A stretch of 27,675 nucleotides of DNA from Verrucomicrobiota bacterium (lineage in GTDB: Bacteria; Verrucomicrobiota; Verrucomicrobiia; Chthoniobacterales; UBA6821): the NCBI GenBank assembly GCA_008932965.1, contig WBXG01000020.1, forward strand, positions 1 through 27,675, in the 5' to 3' direction. The position numbers were made by a program, and so were the translations under genes. Below the pieces are notes generated by a model that was given only the letters and a program-made list of their open reading frames with translations, ran no database searches and was not told the DNA's origin. The stretch's first letter is position 1. Every line of letters begins with the position of its first letter. Shown here piece by piece: positions 9,650 to 18,232 of the stretch.

Positions 9650-10448
9650 GATTGTTGTTCTTTTTGGGATGGGGTCTCAAGACGTCACATTGAGCTTCTT
9701 GGCGGTGGTGTTTTTGAAAAAAAGGAATCTTTTTTTTCCATAATAAAAATGCATGCCAATGGATCAGCCCGATGATTCGAAGGGATAAAAAAGGATATTT
9801 GAAGAAATACCAAAATATTCTCCTCGAAGAAAGTGACCTTACTTCTCCAGTAATAGAGCTATGGAGAACGCGCTGGGCCTTCTCATAAACATCAATAGAA
9901 ACATGCCATTTTGCTCCTGGGGCTCCAATTTTAAAATCAAATTCGAGTCCTGGATCTGAGAAGGGAGATACATAAAAGTTCTTAGCTACTCTTCGGTGCC
10001 ACATTCCATGGGGATCACACGCATCGACTAAATAAAGTTTCATTTCCCGGAAGGTATTTACCACTTCTGCAACAACAGCGAGAATCTTCTCCTCTCTTGA
10101 ACGAATGAAATAGAAAGAGACTGGATTAAAGCCGTAACCAAGGACTCGTGGAAAGGTAACAAGATGAAGTGAGGTGTCTGGTGGGTATGTTTTTCCTTGT
10201 TTTTCAAGCCAAGCAAGAAGATTAGGAGCAATACCCCCAGGAAGCTTGAGGTTGATATGATCGGTATCATCAATAGAAAAAAGATTCCATCGATTATGAC
10301 TCAGCCCCATTGTTTTTTTTGCTATGTGAGGTAGATCCTGAAGATCGATACAAAGCATGAATACAGGGTAGGAAAATTGGTGTTGCTTGGGATGAAAGCG
10401 AGAGTGATTAATGCGACATTCGTAGATGGCGTTCATGATTAGTTCCAA
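9642..10448 (-). CDS. DUF1365 family protein
   Basis: N-terminal Y.C.I.H.R..P..H.F.Y..FM pattern and size (about 265 aa). It holds the conserved position between a COG2907-type FAD protein and cfa. Alternative start at M5 (10436). Confidence 0.75.
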   Translation of the reverse strand: MELIMNAIYECRINHSRFHPKQHQFSYPVFMLCIDLQDLPHIAKKTMGLSHNRWNLFSIDDTDHINLKLPGGIAPNLLAWLEKQGKTYPPDTSLHLVTFPRVLGYGFNPVSFYFIRSREEKILAVVAEVVNTFREMKLYLVDACDPHGMWHRRVAKNFYVSPFSDPGLEFDFKIGAPGAKWHVSIDVYEKAQRVLHSSITGEVRSLSSRRIFWYFFKYPFLSLRIIGLIHWHAFLLWKKKIPFFQKHHRQEAQCDVLRPHPKKNNNHD

Positions 10449-11725
10449 GGATCATGACCTAAAATTTCCTCACAGACTTGAACTGCTGAGAGGAGTCCAT
10501 CTTCATGAAACCCATAACGCTGCCAGGCTCCACAAAAATAGCGTCGAGATTCTTTTCCAGCTGCATGGAGCTTGAAGAGCTCTTCTTGTGCATTAATGGC
10601 TCGCAGGTCAAATAGTGGATGTTCATACACTAACTGCTGCTTGATTGTCTCATCCCTGGGGAGTGAGGGGGGATTGAGCGATACAAAATATTCATGACGT
10701 TTGGAAACATGTTGAAGTTCATTCATCCAGTAATGGGTGGAATAATGGTGGGTCCCGTCGTCATTGGTATCAATGCGATAGTTCCAGGAAGCCCAGCATC
10801 GGCGTCGTTGTGGCATCAATTGTGGGTCTGTATGCAAAAAAACATGATTGTTTTGATAATGAAACGAGGAGAGAAGGCGCTCTTCTAGAGGTGAGGGATC
10901 ATTGAGTAAAGGAAGTGCCTGATCGCCGTGAACTGCTAGGATGACTTTATCAAAATGAGCTGCTTGGCCCTCTTGAAAGTTGATCTCAACACCACTGGAA
11001 TGAGAGCGAATATTTTTTATTAAAACCCCTTGCTGAATATTTTCCTTAAAAGAAGCACTTATTTTTTTTACATATTCACGAGAACCACCCACTACCGTAC
11101 GCCAGGGATGATGCGTATCTCTTCCTAAAAAACCATGGTTATGCCAGAAACGTAGTAACGTATGCGCTGGAAATTCTTCAATTTTATCTGGGGAGCTCGA
11201 CCAGACAGCCGCTGCCATAGGGGCAAGGTACCAATTGAAAAAATCATCTCCATAACCTCTTTGGGCAATATATTCTCGGAGCGGTATTTTTCCAAAGCGT
11301 GGATTCTGGAGCTCTTCAATACTTTCTTTGTGGAAGCGAGCAATCTGACCAAGCATCTTCCAATAACGAGGACGTAAGAGATTCCGACGTTGTACAAACA
11401 AGAGATCCAGGCTTGCTCCATTGTACTCCAAGTTCTCTCCCCGATGTTGTACGCTAAAAGACATGGTTGTCGGTTTTGTGGCGACCTCTAGCTCCAGAAA
11501 TAATCGTGTCAAGAGTGGGTAGGTGACTTCGTTATAAACCATGAAACCACTATCAATAGGAATCATTTTTTTCTCTTCCTCAACCATGAGCGTATTGGAG
11601 TGTCCTCCAACACGAGTCTCTTTTTCAAAAAGAGTCACTTCATAATTTTCATTTCGAGACAGAAAATAGGCACAGGCGAGACCTGAAATTCCGGTTCCAA
11701 TAATGGCAATGCGGGTTGGATTCAT
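10439..11725 (-). CDS. FAD/NAD(P)-binding amine-oxidase-like oxidoreductase (COG2907 type)
   Basis: N-terminal Rossmann motif RIAIIGTGISGLACAYFL...E...R.GGH. 428 aa. ATGA overlap with the desaturase stop (11725-11722). Confidence 0.85.
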   Translation of the reverse strand: MNPTRIAIIGTGISGLACAYFLSRNENYEVTLFEKETRVGGHSNTLMVEEEKKMIPIDSGFMVYNEVTYPLLTRLFLELEVATKPTTMSFSVQHRGENLEYNGASLDLLFVQRRNLLRPRYWKMLGQIARFHKESIEELQNPRFGKIPLREYIAQRGYGDDFFNWYLAPMAAAVWSSSPDKIEEFPAHTLLRFWHNHGFLGRDTHHPWRTVVGGSREYVKKISASFKENIQQGVLIKNIRSHSSGVEINFQEGQAAHFDKVILAVHGDQALPLLNDPSPLEERLLSSFHYQNNHVFLHTDPQLMPQRRRCWASWNYRIDTNDDGTHHYSTHYWMNELQHVSKRHEYFVSLNPPSLPRDETIKQQLVYEHPLFDLRAINAQEELFKLHAAGKESRRYFCGAWQRYGFHEDGLLSAVQVCEEILGHDPWN

Positions 11726-12711
11726 GCAAGAGGTTGTGCTCTCTCTTGGCTTAGAGTTGCCTCTTTAAGAATAGAAACGGGTACAGGTCTTAAATCCCAA
11801 ATAAATCCAATACATGATAATATTTTTAAGCCGTAATAGGTGATATCGACTTCCCACCAGCGAAATCCTTGTCGTGCTGCGTGAGGATAGCGGTGATGGT
11901 TGTTATGCCATCCCTCTCCAAGGGTAATGAGGCTTAGCCAAAAATTATTGCGACTGTCATCTTCAGTTTGATAGGGGCGATCACCCCAGAGGTGCGCTAG
12001 AGAGTTGATAAAAAGGGTTCCATGAAGCAAGAGGGTTGTGCTGATAAAAAAAGTCCAGACGAAAAATTGTCCAGCAGTGACTCCAAGGGAAGGAAATTTT
12101 TTTTCAAGAAAAAAGCCAATGCCAAACATCAGTACACCATAAAGAATAGGGACTGTCTTATCGTAGCGATTTAAAAAAACAAGTTCCGGGTAGCGGCTTA
12201 AGTCATGTACCTTATCATAGGGAGTTGGAAAATTCCTCATCGAGGTTAACCATCCGATGTGAGACCACCAAAAACCTTTGGTGACGGGAGAATGTTTATC
12301 CTCTTCCTCATCAGAATGCGTGTGATGATGTCGGTGGGTGGCAGCCCACCAGAGGGGGCCGCGTTGCATGGAGGTGTTTCCAAGAACAGCAAAAAGAAAT
12401 TGACCGAGACGTGAGGTCTTAAAAGTGCGGTGAGAAAAATACCGATGATAAAATCCCGTGATTGCAAACATGCGGATGATATAAAGCAATAGCGCTGATG
12501 CGATCGAAACGGGACTCATCCCGAACCAGAAAACTGCAAGACATCCACCATGGAGAAAAAGAAAAGGGAGGGTTCGCTGCCAGTCAATTTTCTCTGGGAG
12601 TGTGGAGGGATCAGGAAGTTTTTCCCTTTTAAAATCGGCATCTAGAGACTGAGCAAAGGTCTCCATCACTACCAGGATGGGATTTTTTATGCCGTTGGTT
12701 TTTTTGTTCAT
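11722..12711 (-). CDS. Membrane acyl-CoA/acyl-lipid delta-9-type fatty acid desaturase
   Basis: Three histidine boxes (HRYFSH, HRHHHTH, HNNHH) plus hydrophobic helices. 329 aa. Confidence 0.88.
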   Translation of the reverse strand: MNKKTNGIKNPILVVMETFAQSLDADFKREKLPDPSTLPEKIDWQRTLPFLFLHGGCLAVFWFGMSPVSIASALLLYIIRMFAITGFYHRYFSHRTFKTSRLGQFLFAVLGNTSMQRGPLWWAATHRHHHTHSDEEEDKHSPVTKGFWWSHIGWLTSMRNFPTPYDKVHDLSRYPELVFLNRYDKTVPILYGVLMFGIGFFLEKKFPSLGVTAGQFFVWTFFISTTLLLHGTLFINSLAHLWGDRPYQTEDDSRNNFWLSLITLGEGWHNNHHRYPHAARQGFRWWEVDITYYGLKILSCIGFIWDLRPVPVSILKEATLSQERAQPLA

Positions 12712-12725
12712 TTTAAAAAAGATAC

Positions 12726-15521
12726 TTAATAATTATCTATTTTAGGCATTCCAAAAAGTTTAAACTTCTTTTTTTTAGGTGTTGGGGGTGGGGTAGGTTG
12801 AAGTTTTTTCTCAAGAGTTTTTGCCTCCATGCCAAGATCAGAGGTTCCACCTTCACGATCGCTTGCTTTTTCCATGGAATCGTTGGAATCAATGACGATG
12901 GGTTGAATCATTACAACAAGCTCGGTGCGTACTTTATTTTTCTGAGTATGACCTCCTAGGAGAGGTCCAATAATAGGAATTTTATTGACATAAGGGATTC
13001 CTTTTTCATCGTTGTTTTTTTCATCCGTAATGAGCCCTCCTAAGACAATAGTAGAGCCGCTTGGAATACGAACGCTCGTGGTAAGCTCTTGGGTGTTCAC
13101 CACAGGTGCATTGATTCCAGCTTTAGCAGCATCGATAGTTCCTGACGTATCAACAGTCTGATTTTGTTGAGCAATGACCAGGTTTACTTCTTTGTCAGAA
13201 TTGATCAAAGGAATGACTTCTAATTTTAACAAGACATCTTGGTAAGTCACATTGGCTGTGATCGAATTAGCCGTTTGATTCTGTTGGGTTGGACTTGCTC
13301 CATTAACAACACTACTCAAGGTCGAAGATTGGTACGGAATGCGACGTCCCGAGAGAATAGTGGCTTTTTTGTTGTTACTTGTGTAAACCGTCGGCCGTGC
13401 GATAGTTTTAAATTTTCCAGTGCTTTCTAAAAATTTTGCATAGGTATCAAGAGATCCTCCAAGAGAGCCAAAAACGGTCAATCCACCTGTGTTGCTAGCA
13501 TTGTTAACCACATTATTAACACCTACTGCACGTGTAAAATCAGAGGTAACGCTAGTTCCATTGGTTCCTCCACCAGCACCTGGAAAAATGCTGTTCAAAC
13601 CATTGAGAAGAGCAGGTCCTGCCGGGCCTCCAAGAGTATTAGCCAAGGTATTAAAACCTTGATAGTGGAAGAGGTAACTTGCTCCATACTCCATTCCTTC
13701 CTCTAGTCGCATCTGACCAATGACAGCCGCAAGGTAGACTTGCTGAGGGCGACGATCCAAGAGATCGATGATCTGACGGGCCTTAGCCTTACTCTCAGGA
13801 GGTCCATAAACAATAATGCTATTGGCTGTCGGATCGGCTACAATGCTTGTGGAGCCGACAATAGCAGACTGGGGAGGGGACTGCTTAGTCGATTCACTCA
13901 AACGATCTGCATGGTTGCCACCTGCATTTACTCCTGAGGATCCAGAAGAGCCATCCGAGGAATTCTGTGACCCAAGAAGTCCTGACGAATTATTATTAAA
14001 CGGATTTTGAGGGTTAGGCTGAGCTTTTGCCTGGTTTTGAGAGGTCTCATCATCCTTATTTTTTAGCATGTCGACAAGGACAGGAAAAACATCTGTGGAG
14101 GACATATAGTTTAAAGGACGCACCAAAGGCTCTTCGGCAGCTTGAGCCTTATCAAGATTGGCAATAAGTTCTCGCACGTAGCGGTAATTTTCAGTTCGGG
14201 TGACTACAAGAATTCGGTTTGTTCTTTTATCGGCAATGAACTGAACCTTGCCACTAAAGACCCGTTCATCACCTGGATTGGAAGTATCACTTAGGGGAGA
14301 GAGCGGTTGATTATTTGGTATATTTGGATTTCCTGGTTGTCCTGTTCCTTTAATTGTAGCAGGGGCTGCTGCACCCTCTTTTCCAAAAATCTGATTGAGC
14401 GTTGCTACCGTTTTTTCAGCATCGGCCCGTTGCAAAGGGACAAACTCAGTAATGATTTGAGAAGATTCATGGTCAATCACTTTGAGCAGTGCTAGGGCTT
14501 TACGAATAATGGGAGTTTTATCTGTGATGACAATGGCACTAGTGTTGGGCACTGCCACAAGCGAGCCAAAGGGATTGAGTTGTACTACTCCTTGAAGAAT
14601 ATTGATCGCTTCAGTCGTGCTTAAGAAATGAAGTGGTTGATAAAAGCTAACCAACTGATCTCCCTCAGTTGGTAGTTCTGATTCTTCAAGATAGAGAGGA
14701 AGGCCTTCTGTGCGTGGTGGACGACTTGGGCCAAGCACCTTAACGGTTCTTTCATCCACAGGAATAACGACATATCCATTGAGTAGCATCGAGCTTTCCA
14801 TGACATTGATAGCCTCTTTTTTGGAAATAGGATCAGCAATCATGATCGAGAGTTCTGGTCCAGTAAGGTTGGAATCTCGAATGATATGCTTGCCTGTTAA
14901 TTTTTCATAAAGCGCAAGGATTTCCATGATGGAGGTATGAGGAAATTGCATACTGATTTTTTCTTCCACATTGATCGGTTTTGGAGAAGCCAAAGAAGGA
15001 GCTTCGAGGGAAGGAGAAGTGACGCTCACAGAAGAGAGCTCTGGTTGTGTAGCAGGCTGCGGAGGAAGTGTTTTTGATGGAGAAGAGGAATCTGTATTGG
15101 GTAATAAATCAGAGGCTTGTTTCACTGCTTGATATTTTGCTCTTGCAGCACGAAGACGTGAAAGTGCATTTGCAGGCAGAGGAGGGACCCCTTTTTTAAG
15201 AGTGCTGGTAGGAGAGGCGTTTTGAGATGGAGTCGATGAGGGGGAGGGGGTGAGATCTTGTGATGTTTCTAAGAGATCTATGTGAGAATTTGGCTGAGGG
15301 AGCAATTCATGGAGTGGCTGAGAAGAGGCCTCTGCTGATTTCGGTATCGGGGTCAAAGAGCTGGCAGAGAGAGAGGCCTTCTCTTGAAGAGGGATACTAT
15401 TTGTTTTTAATAGACCTTGGGACTCTGCTGTTGTGGAAGGACCAGGAGATTGTTCATCAGCAGCTATAAGGGAAAAAGAGGTGCATGCTAAAAGAAAGAA
15501 AACAAAGGGAGAGTTAGGCAT
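12726..15521 (-). CDS. Secretin (GspD/PilQ family) with a long Ser/Pro-rich N-terminal region
   Basis: Signal sequence, then about 190 aa of S/P-rich low complexity. N0-like segment (MQFPHTSIMEILALYEKLTGKHIIRD). C-terminal secretin core (IVLGGLITDEKNNDEKGIPYVNKIPIIGPLLG.......ELVVMIQP.VI). Confidence 0.9.
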   Translation of the reverse strand: MPNSPFVFFLLACTSFSLIAADEQSPGPSTTAESQGLLKTNSIPLQEKASLSASSLTPIPKSAEASSQPLHELLPQPNSHIDLLETSQDLTPSPSSTPSQNASPTSTLKKGVPPLPANALSRLRAARAKYQAVKQASDLLPNTDSSSPSKTLPPQPATQPELSSVSVTSPSLEAPSLASPKPINVEEKISMQFPHTSIMEILALYEKLTGKHIIRDSNLTGPELSIMIADPISKKEAINVMESSMLLNGYVVIPVDERTVKVLGPSRPPRTEGLPLYLEESELPTEGDQLVSFYQPLHFLSTTEAINILQGVVQLNPFGSLVAVPNTSAIVITDKTPIIRKALALLKVIDHESSQIITEFVPLQRADAEKTVATLNQIFGKEGAAAPATIKGTGQPGNPNIPNNQPLSPLSDTSNPGDERVFSGKVQFIADKRTNRILVVTRTENYRYVRELIANLDKAQAAEEPLVRPLNYMSSTDVFPVLVDMLKNKDDETSQNQAKAQPNPQNPFNNNSSGLLGSQNSSDGSSGSSGVNAGGNHADRLSESTKQSPPQSAIVGSTSIVADPTANSIIVYGPPESKAKARQIIDLLDRRPQQVYLAAVIGQMRLEEGMEYGASYLFHYQGFNTLANTLGGPAGPALLNGLNSIFPGAGGGTNGTSVTSDFTRAVGVNNVVNNASNTGGLTVFGSLGGSLDTYAKFLESTGKFKTIARPTVYTSNNKKATILSGRRIPYQSSTLSSVVNGASPTQQNQTANSITANVTYQDVLLKLEVIPLINSDKEVNLVIAQQNQTVDTSGTIDAAKAGINAPVVNTQELTTSVRIPSGSTIVLGGLITDEKNNDEKGIPYVNKIPIIGPLLGGHTQKNKVRTELVVMIQPIVIDSNDSMEKASDREGGTSDLGMEAKTLEKKLQPTPPPTPKKKKFKLFGMPKIDNY

Positions 15522-15536
15522 AATTATTGAGGGAAA

Positions 15537-16274
15537 TTATTGGGGGGTTGGGATCGACTGATTCGGAATAGGTGAACGATTGATCACGCGGTGGTTATTA
15601 GGATTATTGGTGCTCGAGGGTGTCCCTTGTGACTGAAGAGTATTGGGAGGTGTTTGTCCAGGATAGTAGGGGGTGTTAGGAGGGTGAAATATATTTTTTT
15701 GTTGATTGCTTCCACTAGGAGGATTAGGTCCAGAAAAACGTTGTGGTCCATGAATCGGATTATTGGTGTTGAGTTCTGGGTTTGTAATTACCCCTGATTC
15801 ACCATTGATAGTAATAGTTGCTTTTAATTTGTTAGGATCCGGTTCCTTCACAATATTAACCAGGGACATCATTTTTTTATTTGGCTTTTTTGTGAGTAAT
15901 TCTCGACTTTGATCATTCTTATCGAGTACAAAAATCTCTTCTTCTCCGTCGATAGTAATAATTCCAGTAATAGCATAACGTTCTGAAAGAGGAGACGATT
16001 CCTCTGCTGTCGCTAACGAAAAGGGAGAATGAAGGAGGAGTGATTGAAAGCTAGAAAATTCACGTGGTCTCATCCAAGGAGGGAGAGGAGGTGGCTGGCT
16101 CTCTTGCTTTGAGGGAGCTGGCTTTGAAGGAGCTTCTGTAGCACGAGCAAAAGAGAGCAATCCTTGCATGATGAATAGGAGAATGATGAGTGCACAACCT
16201 GCTGTTCTCAATTGACCACGGGCCAGCCCATATACCTCACTAGTAATAGTTGCGACTTTATTCTTAACGGTCAT
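15537..16274 (-). CDS. GspC-HR/PilP-like inner-membrane secretin-coupling protein (tentative), Pro-rich C-terminus
   Basis: Single N-terminal TM segment. A short beta-rich segment (YAITGIITIDGEEEIFVLD......VNIVKEPDPNKLKATITINGESGVI) resembles HR/PilP domains. Sits immediately upstream of the secretin. Confidence 0.45.
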   Translation of the reverse strand: MTVKNKVATITSEVYGLARGQLRTAGCALIILLFIMQGLLSFARATEAPSKPAPSKQESQPPPLPPWMRPREFSSFQSLLLHSPFSLATAEESSPLSERYAITGIITIDGEEEIFVLDKNDQSRELLTKKPNKKMMSLVNIVKEPDPNKLKATITINGESGVITNPELNTNNPIHGPQRFSGPNPPSGSNQQKNIFHPPNTPYYPGQTPPNTLQSQGTPSSTNNPNNHRVINRSPIPNQSIPTPQ

Positions 16275-16326
16275 GGTAGATCAGTGCTTGCTGGTACATT
16301 CATCTCTGTTTGTAAACTAAAAATTG

Positions 16327-16893
16327 CTAAGATGTTGCTGGTGTTTGAAAGTATTGTTTCATCTCCAGATCAATAATCACTTTGGTTGGATCTGAATCGC
16401 TTTTGATTATAAATTTATTGATGACACGCCATGCAGTAGGAGTTTGTAATGCAAAAAGAAATTTCACTAACCCATCAAAAGAACCTGAAATCTTTGCTTG
16501 GACGCTTACTGAAGTAGCATAAAAAGAGGAATGAGTTGGAAGTAAATTTTCTTCGATAATCTTGAGGCCAGCTTTTTCAGCTTCCGTTCGTTCGCACTTT
16601 AAAAGTTCAGCACTTGCTTTGTCGTTGTTCCAAATGGGAAGAGGGTGTTCATGCATCCATGCAATTGCTGGCTGAAGTGTTTCTGCCGTCATGATGATGG
16701 CACGGCCTTCTGCAAGTTGATTCCTTAGGGTACTTATCTTAGATTGCAATTGCTCATTAATGTTCAAAAACACTTTTAAACTAATCAAATTGACCGCTAG
16801 AAATACGGCTCCGCAGAGCACAAGAAAGAGCGTTTTTTCACTCGGGGCTAGTTTTCGCATGGGGTAGGGATCCTTCTGTTTCAAATTTAACAC
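16327..16893 (-). CDS. GspM/PilO-like bitopic membrane protein (tentative)
   Basis: Short cytoplasmic N-terminus, one TM (LFLVLCGAVFLAVNLISL), a coiled-coil segment, then a periplasmic alpha/beta domain. Operon position supports the call. The likely true start is M12 (about 16860). Confidence 0.5.
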   Translation of the reverse strand: MLNLKQKDPYPMRKLAPSEKTLFLVLCGAVFLAVNLISLKVFLNINEQLQSKISTLRNQLAEGRAIIMTAETLQPAIAWMHEHPLPIWNNDKASAELLKCERTEAEKAGLKIIEENLLPTHSSFYATSVSVQAKISGSFDGLVKFLFALQTPTAWRVINKFIIKSDSDPTKVIIDLEMKQYFQTPATS

Positions 16894-18232
16894 TGTTCTT
16901 ACCTGCTAACTTAGGTTGACTGCTTGTCCACTCATATTCTTGAAATTCAGGAGCTTTTTTAATTAATTCTAAAAAATGATAAGCCTGTGAGACATCGGTT
17001 GCTTCCCCTGTGATTTGAACTCTGCCTGCACTATCTGAGAGCGAGATGAGACGAATTTTTTCACCATGTATTTGGCTGGCAATAGCAGCAAGAAGATCCA
17101 GAGCGTAAGTTGTGGGATCAATAGCAAAACGAAATTCTTGCCACTCAATCATTTCGTCATTTGCTTTTCTCACAGAGCTAGCATCTACAGAGAGTTGATG
17201 TGAGAGATGCGTTACGATCATTTTTTTGACCAGAAGATTACTCGCTCCTGAAAACAAGAAGAAAAAATACCCAAGGAGTGCTAGAGTTACGATTTTTTTA
17301 ATACGATTTTTTTTCTCCTGGAGTGCTCTTTCCTCTCGTGCTTGTTCCGAGGGAAGGTCAAGTAGAGGTTCCGGAATCGTTGGTCCTGGTAATTCTAAGA
17401 TAAGATCACAAGCATTTTCTGAGATCCCGAGATTTTCTTGTAATAGCAGACGCTCCTCCATGGAAAACGAGCCGATCATGCGGACACTTTGAGGTATCTG
17501 GGTTAGGACTGATTCAGCTTGAAGATGCGAAGAGAGACGTTTGATGAGTTCAGTTAAGAAAGAGTTGACTCTATTCTCACCACTTCCCGAAAACCATAAG
17601 TATTGATTTTTTTTGACAAACCCAAAACAGACCTCCCCCAACTCCTTCCACAACACAAGGTCGACGTTTTCTATAGGTAAAAGCCGTGCTGCTGCTTCAA
17701 AATAATGTCCCTTTTTGAGATAAGGAGCTGTGGTGACAGATGGGGTGCTTGTGGGTGCAAAAACAACAACAAGAGTTCGTTCTTCTTGAATCTCATGAGT
17801 GATCATTTTTAATCCTTCACTCATTCCACGACGCAGTAAGTGCTTGCTAGAAAGCTCTAGCCTGATGAGTTCTTGAAGGTCTCCCTGAGAGGCGACCCAG
17901 AGTGGAATCACAATGAGATCACGGGTAGGAACACCGACAATCCAATCTAATGTTGAACCAGCAAGTGGAGGTGCGGTTGATGCATCGAGTAAAAGAGGTT
18001 CTGCTTTGCTTGAAGATACTATTTCTATGGCGGAACGGGCAGCATGTTTCTCCTCTTTTTTGGAAGCTATTTTCCAACGTTGCCACTCTCCTAAGGACGT
18101 TCCTGGGCGAAGGAGTGTTTTATGATTCTTTTTGGAATCGGATTGGAGCAAAAGAACGAACTGTGATATTGCTGCTAATAGCGTTCTTCCTTTTTCTAAA
18201 AAAATGTTGGGGAGGTCTCTTATGTTGCTCAT
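16838..18232 (-). CDS. GspL-like (PilM-PilN fusion architecture) assembly-platform protein (tentative)
   Basis: About 310-aa cytoplasmic domain, one TM (IVTLALLGYFFFLFSGASNLLV) and about 130-aa periplasmic domain. Positioned between the gspK-like and gspM-like genes. Confidence 0.5.
   Translation of the reverse strand: MSNIRDLPNIFLEKGRTLLAAISQFVLLLQSDSKKNHKTLLRPGTSLGEWQRWKIASKKEEKHAARSAIEIVSSSKAEPLLLDASTAPPLAGSTLDWIVGVPTRDLIVIPLWVASQGDLQELIRLELSSKHLLRRGMSEGLKMITHEIQEERTLVVVFAPTSTPSVTTAPYLKKGHYFEAAARLLPIENVDLVLWKELGEVCFGFVKKNQYLWFSGSGENRVNSFLTELIKRLSSHLQAESVLTQIPQSVRMIGSFSMEERLLLQENLGISENACDLILELPGPTIPEPLLDLPSEQAREERALQEKKNRIKKIVTLALLGYFFFLFSGASNLLVKKMIVTHLSHQLSVDASSVRKANDEMIEWQEFRFAIDPTTYALDLLAAIASQIHGEKIRLISLSDSAGRVQITGEATDVSQAYHFLELIKKAPEFQEYEWTSSQPKLAGKNSVKFETEGSLPHAKTSPE

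Noticed and set aside
13740-14010. Overlapping plus-strand ORFs antisense to the secretin. Similar antisense ORFs occur at 17913-18249, 8801-9112, 3174-3401 and 981-1232.
   Set aside because: All sit inside well-supported genes, mostly opposite low-complexity or repeat-coding DNA. None has a start signal or recognisable motif.
15480-15521. Possible lipobox (FFLLAC) making the secretin a lipoprotein
   Set aside because: There is no basic n-region, and an equally good signal peptidase I site (LIA-AD) follows. It cannot be decided by eye.
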